37,887 nt of DNA from a virus (taxonomy: Duplodnaviria > Caudoviricetes). Below the pieces are notes generated by a model, which saw only the letters and a program-made list of their open reading frames with translations, searched no databases and was not told the origin of the DNA. Below are positions 8,121-16,332 of this stretch, piece by piece. The stretch covers positions 1-37,887 of IMG/VR virus record IMGVR_UViG_3300011441_000025; one strand, given 5' to 3'. Made by a program: the position numbers and the translations under genes. How positions within the stretch are numbered: the first letter of the stretch is position 1; each line of letters opens with the position of its first letter.

Positions 8121-8280
8121 TTTTCCACAGGTTTTCCACAGGTTTTGCACACCGCCGCGATTTGTGCGGCGGTAGGTTTTGATCTTGATCTAGTTCCCTT
8201 CAGTTCCCTTCAGTTCAGTTCTCTTTAGTTAGGCGGGAATCTCCCGCGTGTTCCTGGAAATTCCCGGAAGTTCCCGGAGG
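8121..8280. promoter_or_regulatory. putative phage replication origin: three DnaA boxes, hairpin, two GATC, short direct repeats
   Basis: TTTTCCACA 8121-8129 and 8132-8140, TTTTGCACA 8143-8151; inverted repeat ACCGCCGC/GCGGCGGT 8151-8173; GATCTTGATC 8181-8190; AGTTCCCTTC x2; TTCCCGGA x2. Confidence 0.65.
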
Positions 8281-8625
8281 GTCTGGGAACTTACTGACCG
8301 TGCGCTTGTGTAACCCGGTTTGATGCCCGTCGAACTGCAGGACTTGGAGCACCATGTCGCCGTTCGCCTCATAGAGCACCACCAACCCGCTGGCGGCCAT
8401 CTGCTGTAGGGCGCGCTCGAAGTCCGCGAGCGGGCGCGGCGAGGTGGGGAGCACTTGAAACTTCACCGTGAACGCATCCCCCGACAGGCGCCCGTAGTCA
8501 TCGGCATGCGACACGAGCAGCGGGAAGAGCATCTGGCAGAACTCCGTCAGGTCGCCGGCCGCGGCGAGATCGGCAAACTTCCGGGAGGTACTCAGCGACT
8601 TGGAAATCATGCGGCCCCGCGCCAT
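8215..8625 (-). CDS. phage replication initiator, N-terminal (winged-helix type) domain
   Basis: MARGRMISKSL...LVSHADDYGRL...LQQMAASGLVVLYE...FDGHQ...SKFPDPP matches the usual N-terminus of phage replisome-organiser proteins; position between HTH gene and rusA. Confidence 0.8.
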   Translation of the reverse strand: MARGRMISKSLSTSRKFADLAAAGDLTEFCQMLFPLLVSHADDYGRLSGDAFTVKFQVLPTSPRPLADFERALQQMAASGLVVLYEANGDMVLQVLQFDGHQTGLHKRTVSKFPDPPGTSGNFQEHAGDSRLTKEN

Positions 8626-8628
8626 AAA

Positions 8629-8829
8629 TCACCGATCGCTGCGCTCGAGATAGTCGTTGACCCAGGCGCGCTTGAAGCGAATCAGCTTGCCGACGCGCGT
8701 CCCGCGGAGCTCGCCCCGCACCATCAGGCGGCGCACGGTCTTCGGGTCCACACTGAGCAGCTGCCCGACTTCCTCGATGTCGAGCACCTTGAGCGGGTCG
8801 TCGTAGGCCGTCGTACCTTTGGACTTCAT
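8629..8829 (-). CDS. excisionase-like HTH DNA-binding protein
   Basis: VLDIEEVGQLLSVDPKTVRRLMVRGELRGTRVGKLIRF (HTH_17 type). Confidence 0.85.
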   Translation of the reverse strand: MKSKGTTAYDDPLKVLDIEEVGQLLSVDPKTVRRLMVRGELRGTRVGKLIRFKRAWVNDYLERSDR

Positions 8830-8836
8830 GCGCCCC

Positions 8837-9340
8837 CTACTCCCCATGGCTGGACTCGCCGTCATGCAGCCGCAGGTCCGCCGCCCGTGGACGCGCCAGC
8901 CGCGCGCGCCAGTATTCTGGGTCGGGGTCCTCGGTCTCGATGCTCAGGAACTCCGACGCGAACAGCCGCACCGCGTCCACGAAGTCGAAGAACGCCTGCC
9001 CCGACAGCTTCGACGTGCGGCGCCGGTCGATGTCGAGCTCCAGCACTTCCCCGCTCGTCCGGTTGAAGAACTCCACGCGCTTCCGCTCGCTCGGCAGGAA
9101 CCGCTCGACCATCGCGTCGTGAATGTCGTCCACCGTGTGGCCGGTGTAGGCCGCGATCTCGCGGTAGACGTGCCCCCACAGGTAGCGATTGGCTTGCTCG
9201 CTGCGGCGGTCGCGATGCGCCTCGACCGTGAGGTCGATGTGCTGGCCGCGGAAGGTGCGGATGGCCTCCTGCAGGTCGAGCAGGACGTCGGGGTTGGCAA
9301 TCACGCCCGCGCCGGTGACGAAGACCGCGCGGAAGGTCAT
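8837..9340 (-). CDS. NinB/Orf-like recombination protein
   Basis: RRSEQANRYLWG.VYREIA...HDAMVERFL...TSKLS...FFDFVDAV; ATGA-coupled to erf. Confidence 0.75.
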   Translation of the reverse strand: MTFRAVFVTGAGVIANPDVLLDLQEAIRTFRGQHIDLTVEAHRDRRSEQANRYLWGHVYREIAAYTGHTVDDIHDAMVERFLPSERKRVEFFNRTSGEVLELDIDRRRTSKLSGQAFFDFVDAVRLFASEFLSIETEDPDPEYWRARLARPRAADLRLHDGESSHGE

Positions 9341-10047
9341 ACCGGCGGCCCCAGCGCCTTGGCGCGCACCCGCTGCCACTCGGCGAGGTGGTGGTCGGTG
9401 AGGTACTTCCGCAGGTCCTTGGCCGACTTGTTCCAGGCGGCCTCGAGCGCGTCCTTGCCCTCGTCGGCGACGGCCTGGAGGTCGTCCCACCAGCGGTCGA
9501 AGCCGGTCGGCTTGGGCGTGGCGGGCTTCGGTGGGGGCGCGGGCGCCTGGCGCAGCACGGGGCCACTGCCGCGGCCTTCGGCGGCTTCCCCATCGTCGTC
9601 CTCGGGGGCGATGCCCACCATGGCGCTGAGGCCGTAGCGGCGGCCGTAGGTGATGGCCGAGCCCACCGCCTGCGGGGTGTTCGCACCGGCGGTCAGCGTC
9701 AGGTCCTCGGCCACCCACTCGCCCGAGCTGTGGAGCAGCAGCGTCCGCACCGTCACCCGCGCCCCGTCCGCGCGCACCGGCTGGAGGACCGCGATGCCGT
9801 ACTTCGCGAGGGGCTTGCACGCCTCGCGCACGCTCGCCAGGTCCGCATAGGGCGACCGGAAGTGCGGGTTGGTTGAGTTCTTGACCGCGCCGTCCATTTC
9901 GCCCTGCGCTTTCGCCATCGCCTCGGCGAACTTGCCGGTCGTCGTGGACATGGACCCGCCGAATGTCGGCGCCGGCGGGGCGAAGTCCGATTGGGCGGTC
10001 AGGGTGAAGTCGTCGAGGCCGCCACCTGGCGGTTGCGATGCGGTCAT
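9337..10047 (-). CDS. erf: ERF family single-strand annealing protein
   Basis: KNSTNPHFRSPYADLASV...LLHSSGEW...QAVGSAITYGRRYGLSAMVGIAPEDDDG. Confidence 0.93.
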   Translation of the reverse strand: MTASQPPGGGLDDFTLTAQSDFAPPAPTFGGSMSTTTGKFAEAMAKAQGEMDGAVKNSTNPHFRSPYADLASVREACKPLAKYGIAVLQPVRADGARVTVRTLLLHSSGEWVAEDLTLTAGANTPQAVGSAITYGRRYGLSAMVGIAPEDDDGEAAEGRGSGPVLRQAPAPPPKPATPKPTGFDRWWDDLQAVADEGKDALEAAWNKSAKDLRKYLTDHHLAEWQRVRAKALGPPV

Positions 10048-10307
10048 GTGCAGACTCCCAGGACGAAGAGCGCCGCAACGGTGCGGGCCTTCAGCACCAG
10101 CGACGCGAGCGAGACCCCGGTCAGCTTGACAATCCGCTCGGCCACGTCCGACCGGGGGGTCCGCAGGCCCGCTTCATAGCGGCCCCATTCGGTCTGATGG
10201 ACGCCGACCAGGTCGGCGGCTTCCCGCTGGCTGAGCCCGTGGGCGAGCCGAAATCCGCGCAACGTGCGGTGACGTTTGGTGGACGACGGTGACGACGCGA
10301 CAGGCAT
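10044..10307 (-). CDS. Cro-like XRE HTH regulator
   Basis: LRGFRLAHGLSQREAADLVGVHQTEWGRYEAGLRTP; GGAGG upstream. Confidence 0.88.
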   Translation of the reverse strand: MPVASSPSSTKRHRTLRGFRLAHGLSQREAADLVGVHQTEWGRYEAGLRTPRSDVAERIVKLTGVSLASLVLKARTVAALFVLGVCT

Positions 10308-10693
10308 CCGACAGTCCCTCCTTCCCCGCGACAGAACGTGGCGGGGATTTTCTGGAAGCCGCGAGAAAAGTCAACCCCCGATTTTTTCTACCAGCCCTTG
10401 TAGGCCCACGGATGGACACCCCCCACTATTAGGCCCAGGCGCGACGGCTGGGGGCGTGGCGCGGTCTATGCCAGAAAGGCTTGAGTTTATACACACTTTT
10501 GGGGGCACAGTGTCAATTATTTGACAACTCGGCCGGCTGGTAGCCCTTTGGGTTTCGCGGTTTCTAGGCCGAAAGTCGTAGAAACTTAGGCCTAACGGCC
10601 TAGGTCAGCGGGAAAATATTGTCTGAATTCGCTACAGAGGGAAGGCAGAAAATCTGCACATTGCCGTGCAATCTGGCAGGACTGAACGGGCGT
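10308..10693. promoter_or_regulatory. AT-richer control region with palindromes (candidate operators/promoters)
   Basis: TGTCAA-TTAT-TTGACA 10511-10526; TAGGCC-TAAC-GGCCTA near 10587-10602; GTTTCTA...TAGAAAC 10560-10585. Confidence 0.5.
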
Positions 10694-11056
10694 TCAGCGC
10701 CGCTTGTGATTCGGGCGTTTCTCGGCCAGGCAGGACGCGACGGCGAGGAGCGCGTCCCGACACCGCTGGCTCTCCAGGCGCTGGTAATCGTCCACCAGCC
10801 GCGCCGCTTCTGGTGACAAGGCTTCGGGCTGCAGCGCACTCCGCACGACGTCGGCGACCTCGAGCCGGAGCGCCTTCGCGAGCCGCTCGATCTGGGTCAC
10901 GCGGGACACGCGGCCCTGCTCGATGTTGATGACGGTTTTCTTGCCGGGACCGCCGCTCCGCGCGACGGCCGCCGCCGAGAGATGGAGGGCTTTGCGGCGA
11001 GCTTCCAGCGCGCGGCCCATCGCGCGCCAGAGCTCCGCTTCGGGTTTCGAAGGCAT
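10694..11056 (-). CDS. CI-like XRE HTH repressor without peptidase domain
   Basis: GRALEARRKALHLSAAAVARSGGPGKKTVINIEQG; GGAG 6 nt before ATG 11056. Confidence 0.8.
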   Translation of the reverse strand: MPSKPEAELWRAMGRALEARRKALHLSAAAVARSGGPGKKTVINIEQGRVSRVTQIERLAKALRLEVADVVRSALQPEALSPEAARLVDDYQRLESQRCRDALLAVASCLAEKRPNHKRR

Positions 11057-11272
11057 GTATATCTCCAAGGGAGACAGCATACGCCTCAGCCGCCCAGCAG
11101 ACCCCATTACGTCATTACACGTAACGTGTGTCCAACTCCCCACCGACTGAAAAGTATTTCTTTTCGCCAATAAAGACGGGCCTCGCCCACCCGCCTACCA
11201 GACAGGTGCGGGGGGAAGCGGCGAGGTCAAGAATCGTTCGGAGAATCGCGCGTTCGAGAGTCGAGGTCCGCG

Positions 11273-11482
11273 CCAACTACCCCCTAACCTCCCACCTACC
11301 ACACAAAAACGACTTTTCGTCAATAACGACGGGCCTTGGCTACCCGTCAGGAGGGCGGGTTGCCGCAATCGTGATGCCGAGCGCATTTGCGTATTTGCTC
11401 AATGTATTTACGAATCGTGTGGACAGCACTACCCACGACTACCCCCGAATACCGTTTCCAACTACCCACTAACCTCCCACCT
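11273..11482. repeat. putative attP: 25-bp direct repeats (arm-type sites) flanking a ~160-bp core region
   Basis: CCAACTACCC[C/A]CTAACCTCCCACCT at 11273-11297 and 11458-11482 (24/25 identical); further ACTACCC pair at ~11428-11447; directly upstream of the integrase. Confidence 0.65.
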
Positions 11483-11511
11483 TTGGTAGACTGTGGGGGA
11501 CACAAGGAGCC

Positions 11512-12744
11512 TTGATGATTTACAAACGCTGCCACGAAAAGGGCTGTCCCGAGGGCAAGAAAGACGCCCCGCGCTGCAAGCATGGCTGGTACTTCTACGG
11601 CGAGCACGCCAGCCGCGTCGAGCGTGGGCCGATGAAGCAGTACGCCCATCTGTTGCTCCCCGGCCAGGTCCTCCCGACCACGAAGACGGAAGCGCTCGAC
11701 TTGGAGAAGAAGATTTACACCTGGCTCGCGACCGGCCGCCCGGCGCCGGTGGTGGCCCCGTCCACGCCGAGCCAGGTGTCGACGGCGAAGACTGTGAACG
11801 AGGTCATCCTCGCCTATCGCGCCGACTACGCCGACGCGCTCCGCGGCAAGGGCCACGCCTCGGCGCTGCGGCGCATCAGCCGCGAGGTGGGCGACCAGCC
11901 CGCGTCCGTGCTCTTCGACCGGCAGGCACTGAAGACGTTCCTCGCGGACGTGCTGGAGGGCGACGACGACGACACGCCGCACCTCGCGAACCGCAACCGG
12001 CATCTCGACCGCTGGCGCCATATGACCTACTGGCTCGTCGCCACCGACAAGCTCGCCGGCCAAGTGGAGCTCCCCTTCTACGACAAGCTGGCGAACCCGT
12101 TCGGCGTGCGCAAGCTGACCGAGGGCGACGGGCGCACGAGACGCCTCGACCCCGACACGCAGGAGGAGGCGCGCATCATCGCCGCGTGTGAGCGACTCGC
12201 CCCCACGGACGGCGGCATGATGCTTGGCCGCTACTACTGCGCTGTCGACGCGGGGCTGCGCCGGGGGGAGATGCAGAAGCTCCAGAAGGCCGCCCTACTC
12301 ACGAACTACCACGGCCAAGGGCTGACGCTCCACGTCCAGTGGCACATCAGCAAGACCGCCAAGGAGCGATTCGTGGCCGTGGCGACCGACCGGCTACGGG
12401 ATTTTCTGCAGCGGCGGCGCTTCGCCCAGTTCCCGTTCGGGCAGGCCGACGGGACGCGCCGCGACGACTTCCGCGTGGACTGGGACAATGTGCTCATCGA
12501 CGCCGGCATCAATCACGGCCACTACGAGAAGGGCGTCTGGGTCTCGGACCATGACGCCGACCTCCACTGGCACGACCTCCGGCACGAATGCGGGAGCCGG
12601 CTCGCGGACGCCCACGTTCCCCTGCATGAGATTCAACGCATCATGGGGCACACGAAGCTCGACACCACGCAGAAGTATCTCAACGCGAGCTTCGTCAGCA
12701 TGGCAATCAACATGCGCAACGCCGCGCTGCGGCGAGGCATCTAA
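11512..12744 (+). CDS. int: tyrosine integrase
   Basis: GLRRGE (R), SKT (K), HDLRH (HxxR), MGH, TTQKY (Y); AAGGAG RBS; Cys/His-rich N-terminus. Confidence 0.95.
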   Translation: MMIYKRCHEKGCPEGKKDAPRCKHGWYFYGEHASRVERGPMKQYAHLLLPGQVLPTTKTEALDLEKKIYTWLATGRPAPVVAPSTPSQVSTAKTVNEVILAYRADYADALRGKGHASALRRISREVGDQPASVLFDRQALKTFLADVLEGDDDDTPHLANRNRHLDRWRHMTYWLVATDKLAGQVELPFYDKLANPFGVRKLTEGDGRTRRLDPDTQEEARIIAACERLAPTDGGMMLGRYYCAVDAGLRRGEMQKLQKAALLTNYHGQGLTLHVQWHISKTAKERFVAVATDRLRDFLQRRRFAQFPFGQADGTRRDDFRVDWDNVLIDAGINHGHYEKGVWVSDHDADLHWHDLRHECGSRLADAHVPLHEIQRIMGHTKLDTTQKYLNASFVSMAINMRNAALRRGI

Positions 12745-12753
12745 GGAGGGCAC

Positions 12754-13032
12754 ATGAGCGGCTGGGGCGATAGCGACGAACTGCAGGACGAACTCGGGAC
12801 GTTGCGCAATGACCGCGATGAGCTGTTCGATCGGGTCGTGGACCTTGAGCGGGACGTGGAGCACTTACAAACGCAGGTCATGCAACTGCTGACCGCGCTC
12901 GCGCTCGCGCAACTCACACCGGAGCGATTGGAAGAGATTCGGGCGGTGGCCAAACGGGTGCACGATGGCGATCTCGACGGCCTCAATGAACAACGCCCCG
13001 CCGCAGGGGGAACCGACGTCGGTGGATTATGA
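12754..13032 (+). CDS. coiled-coil hypothetical protein
   Basis: AAGGAGG RBS overlapping the integrase stop; heptad pattern. Confidence 0.75.
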   Translation: MSGWGDSDELQDELGTLRNDRDELFDRVVDLERDVEHLQTQVMQLLTALALAQLTPERLEEIRAVAKRVHDGDLDGLNEQRPAAGGTDVGGL

Positions 13033-13092
13033 GCCCAACGGATCACGCAAAAAGCCCCGCCAATGTGCCACTGGTAGCCGGACTGGTAGCCG

Positions 13093-13236
13093 TCACCGAT
13101 AGAACGGGCCGAAGCAGCGGCCACAATGACAGAGCCGCCCGTCGATCACGCCGTCCACACGATGCCAGCCGAACGCGCAGAACACGCGCAGCGGATTGAA
13201 CCATTGCCGGAGCCGTCGTCGCTGGTATGGAAGCAT
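13093..13236 (-). CDS. small Cys/His prophage protein (DUF1660-like)
   Basis: MLPYQ...LRVFCAFGWHR...CHCGRC; GAGGTG upstream. Confidence 0.5.
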   Translation of the reverse strand: MLPYQRRRLRQWFNPLRVFCAFGWHRVDGVIDGRLCHCGRCFGPFYR

Positions 13237-13238
13237 CG

Positions 13239-13916
13239 TCACCTCAGCCCCGCCACCGGGGCACTGGTCGCCGGACAGGGAGCCGTCGATGGTTTCGGAT
13301 GTGCTCGCCCGCAGGTACAGTCCCACGGGTCCGGCACCTGTTCCCAACTCTCGAAATAGTTGGAATGCCCGGACCCGTCTGGGCAATGCAGCACGAATAC
13401 GTCCGGCGTGGTCGCCCAATCGATCCCGATAATCACTGCGGCTTGACGCTCCAGCGCCTCCCGCAAATCGGATATTGCCGATGGCAACCAATAGCCTGGG
13501 GGCGTATCCATCAGCGCCTTCCACTCGGCTGGGGCCGCGTCACGAGCCGCCTGTAACATCGCCACGGCATGAGCCGCCGTCGCCCTAACCTGATCCGTCA
13601 TCGTCGCCTCATCACAACAGCCCCGCGTATTCCCATGCACTGGGCATTTGTCATGGACCGCGAACACACAGCAACAAATTTCCTCACTCCTCAGCAGCGT
13701 CTGCGCGTGTTCGTCAGCCGTCATCGGCCGCAACTCCCGGTCGTCTTCCGGCCCCATCGGCGTGGTGCGACTCTCACCCGCCACGGACGGCAGCGGGTAC
13801 CGCTCGTCCAGTAACGCCTCAATGATGTTCGCCGCCGCGTTTAGGGACTCCCGGCTCGGGTTCCCGGCACGGAGGTTACGAACAGCGCGACGAGCACGAT
13901 GTAGCAGAGCATCCAC
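13239..13916 (-). CDS. hypothetical protein, apparently a mosaic of small Cys-rich modules
   Basis: GTG 13916 with GGAGG upstream; CCCVFAVHDKCPVHG and HCPDG...CTCG motifs. Confidence 0.5.
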   Translation of the reverse strand: MDALLHRARRAVRNLRAGNPSRESLNAAANIIEALLDERYPLPSVAGESRTTPMGPEDDRELRPMTADEHAQTLLRSEEICCCVFAVHDKCPVHGNTRGCCDEATMTDQVRATAAHAVAMLQAARDAAPAEWKALMDTPPGYWLPSAISDLREALERQAAVIIGIDWATTPDVFVLHCPDGSGHSNYFESWEQVPDPWDCTCGRAHPKPSTAPCPATSAPVAGLR

Positions 13917-13929
13917 AGTGAGCCTCCAT

Positions 13930-14130
13930 CTAAAACGGATCGAGATCGTCGTCATCGTCCTCGTCAGGCTCCGCGAGCGCACGCCATGATCGGCACTCAG
14001 GACAGCGCCCATCACAGATACGGCACCAGCACACCTGATGGTTGTCGCAGAACTCGTGACTGCGGGTGTGATGGTCGAAGTCCTCGCACCATACACCCTC
14101 GTATCCTTCGCACATCAAAAGCCCCGTCAT
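13930..14130 (-). CDS. small Cys-rich acidic protein
   Basis: CDNHQVCWCRICDGRCPEC...DEDDDDDLDPF. Confidence 0.6.
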   Translation of the reverse strand: MTGLLMCEGYEGVWCEDFDHHTRSHEFCDNHQVCWCRICDGRCPECRSWRALAEPDEDDDDDLDPF

Positions 14131-14151
14131 CCTTCGCCGGACTGGTAGCCG

Positions 14152-14817
14152 TCACGCTGGCTTCGGCAATCCGGTCACCGCATCCAGTCGATCCCAGTCG
14201 CTGCTCTGCGCCGACCGCACGATCGGATCATTCGCGGCGAACACGGCCCGCGCAAATCCCTCTGGCGTCACGCTGCGCTTGTCGCCCCGGTCGGCACTCG
14301 GCGGCATCAGATGGATCGACGCCTTCACGTCCGCGGGCTTGTGCGCGACCCACGCAGGCGGCATCACGAACCCGCCACCGGTCCAGAGACACGTCTGCTT
14401 CGTGTAGGTGTCGCCGTACTGCCACGGCTGGAAGGTGTAATCCGGTTTGCGCCAATAGCTGCTCAGCGTGCCGACGGGGTTCTCGATCATCCAGGGCGCG
14501 CCCGATGCCTCGCAGATGCGCTTGCACGCGACGACGAGGCCGAGCGATTGGTACAGGGCTTCCAGTCCCTTGTCGTCAAACCATCGCGCCCCGGAGACTG
14601 CCAGGTTCGTGCAGGGCGGGAAGGCGAACACGATAGCGACAGGCTCAAGGATGTCCTCGTGGCTGAACTGCCGCACATCCCGACCGACACGGAACAATCT
14701 TCCCTCGCGAGTCGTTCCGGTCGGATGCTGCGCGTCCACAATCATGCACTCGTAGCCAGCTTCCAGCCACGGTTGCACCATGATCCCGGTGCGGTCGCAT
14801 AGGCTCAAAACGATCAT
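14152..14817 (-). CDS. compact phage-type DNA cytosine methyltransferase
   Basis: LSLCDRTG (degenerate motif I), FAFPPCTNLAVSGARWF, WMIENPVG, YTKQTCLW, RSVTPEGFARAVF; ATGA-coupled start 14817. Confidence 0.82.
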   Translation of the reverse strand: MIVLSLCDRTGIMVQPWLEAGYECMIVDAQHPTGTTREGRLFRVGRDVRQFSHEDILEPVAIVFAFPPCTNLAVSGARWFDDKGLEALYQSLGLVVACKRICEASGAPWMIENPVGTLSSYWRKPDYTFQPWQYGDTYTKQTCLWTGGGFVMPPAWVAHKPADVKASIHLMPPSADRGDKRSVTPEGFARAVFAANDPIVRSAQSSDWDRLDAVTGLPKPA

Positions 14818-15023
14818 CGCTTCTTGGGAGGATGAGGGCCTCTGCAAACACCAGCACCCATCTCGAAACAGGCCGGGCACATCGCCATACCGCACACATT
14901 GCACGTGTCCATCATTGAGCCGAGCCGCTCGCAATCGACGCACGTTTCGTCGTCGTCATATGCTTCCCACTCAGGAGTGTCGTCGTTTTCGTCGTCCCAA
15001 TGGTTTCCATCCCACGTCGCCAT
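14814..15023 (-). CDS. small acidic zinc-finger-like protein
   Basis: CVDC...CNVC...CPAC...C. Confidence 0.65.
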   Translation of the reverse strand: MATWDGNHWDDENDDTPEWEAYDDDETCVDCERLGSMMDTCNVCGMAMCPACFEMGAGVCRGPHPPKKR

Positions 15024-15060
15024 TGCTTCTCCTTACGGGTCCAGCTTCCAGTCGCCGCCG

Positions 15061-15252
15061 TCAATTCCCAACCACGACGCCGCTGGCGCTTTTCTGCCGC
15101 AGTCCCTCATCGGTCGCGACGAGCAGAACGAACCCGCCCTGCCAGAACGTGACGGCGACCACGCTTCCGCCTTCTTTGCCCCGGTCGCCGTACCACGTCA
15201 CATGACGGCCCAGCAGATTCGTGGATACAGCCGACGTGTCGTGAGTATTCAT
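15061..15252 (-). CDS. hypothetical small beta protein
   Basis: 63-aa ORF in the early operon. Confidence 0.5.
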   Translation of the reverse strand: MNTHDTSAVSTNLLGRHVTWYGDRGKEGGSVVAVTFWQGGFVLLVATDEGLRQKSASGVVVGN

Positions 15253-15421
15253 CGCTCAGGGTCTGATAACGGCGGTTATGTCGTTTTGGATTCTGCCCAC
15301 CGCAGACCATGGTAGACGACCGCGTCAACCCCCGCCGTACAGACAACCGCCCCGCCGCAGGGGGAACCTGCGACGGGGCGACCATGACCAGCACGCCCGG
15401 CTCGACGCACCGACCACAGCA

Positions 15422-15685
15422 CTAGGCGACGGCCGTCTCGATCCGCTCCAGTAGCGCCCGCGCGTCCTTGATGAGCGCGTATTCCTTATCGAAGTCCGAC
15501 ACGAGCGCGCTGAGGTCCGCCACGCGGCGCACGATCGCCGACAGCGCAGCGACTTGCTCATCCAACACTGACATCCGCATCAGCAGAGCTTTTATCGTCG
15601 CCCGTTCACTGTCGCCCAAATCCCACGTCAAGTCGGTGGACATCTGAATCGCGCGTTCGACGTGGTCTCGGAATGATTCGCTCAT
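15422..15685 (-). CDS. hypothetical protein
   Basis: GGAGAGG RBS; helical 87 aa. Confidence 0.65.
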   Translation of the reverse strand: MSESFRDHVERAIQMSTDLTWDLGDSERATIKALLMRMSVLDEQVAALSAIVRRVADLSALVSDFDKEYALIKDARALLERIETAVA

Positions 15686-15693
15686 AGCCTCTC

Positions 15694-16332
15694 CTACGCG
15701 ACGGCCGTGACCTCGGAGAGCGCCTGCACTTGGGCCAGCTCCTGCTCCACTTCGCTCAGAAACAGTCGCACGCTGAGCTCATACGCCGCCAAGTCGATGT
15801 CCCGCGCATAGAGCCGCGTGACCTTCAGCTGCAGCGCCTCGGGGAAGTCGGGATGATAGCTGACGAAGTCGGCCCACGCCTTCCCCGTGAGCCATAGCCC
15901 GTGCGTGATTTGCGTACGGTACTCCAGCGGCAAGCCGCCCCGCACATACTCCAGGTGCGCCGCCGCGCCGGGACACTTGATTTCGATGAGCCCGTCCTCG
16001 GTCAGCCCATCGGGCGAGCAGCCCGCGGCGAGCGTGTCGTGCGCGATGAAGCCGACCGCGGTCACGAGCACGCCCGTCTCGGCCTCGTAGGCGGCGCAGG
16101 CGTCCGGCTCGAGCAGGATGCCGCGCTCCATCGCGGCGTTGACGTAGCCCGACTCCTGGGACTGCCCGGTGAGCCGCTCGAGCACGAGCTGCAGCCGGAG
16201 GTTGCGGCGCGAGGTGGACTCCCCGCCCTTCTTCAGTGTGGCGAAGGCATCAGAGGCGCGGGAGCCGGTCAAGACGCCGAGCCTCGCCTGGTGCCACTCT
16301 GGGGTCCGCTGGTCGCAGGCGATGACCTTCAT
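15694..16332 (-). CDS. YqaJ/lambda-exonuclease family protein
   Basis: QRTPEWHQARLGVLTGS...AMERGILLEP...GCSPDGL...LIEIKCP...YRTQ...WADFVSY; ATGA-coupled start. Confidence 0.93.
   Translation of the reverse strand: MKVIACDQRTPEWHQARLGVLTGSRASDAFATLKKGGESTSRRNLRLQLVLERLTGQSQESGYVNAAMERGILLEPDACAAYEAETGVLVTAVGFIAHDTLAAGCSPDGLTEDGLIEIKCPGAAAHLEYVRGGLPLEYRTQITHGLWLTGKAWADFVSYHPDFPEALQLKVTRLYARDIDLAAYELSVRLFLSEVEQELAQVQALSEVTAVA

Larger units (their letters stand above)
13077..14155. repeat. perfect 20-bp direct repeat GCCGGACTGGTAGCCGTCAC at 13077-13096 and 14136-14155
   Basis: Read directly; both copies have CAAAA(A)GCCCCG just to their left; extra ACTGGTAGCC at 13070-13079. Confidence 0.85.

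Noticed and set aside
8190-8220. Alternative genetic code (TGA recoding) suggested by in-frame TGAs in the replication gene
   Set aside because: Most well-supported genes here end in TGA, often with ATGA/TGATG coupling, so TGA is a normal stop
11240-11280. tRNA 3' fragment (GTTCGAG...CGCCA) as att core
   Set aside because: No T-stem pairing or correct spacing to CCA
13048-13062. Rho-independent terminator at GGCGGGGCTTTTT (minus strand)
   Set aside because: U-tract present but no complementary stem arm found upstream
11161-14155. CRISPR-like mini-array from the direct repeats near the integrase
   Set aside because: Only two copies of each repeat with 120-1040 bp spacing; no cas genes
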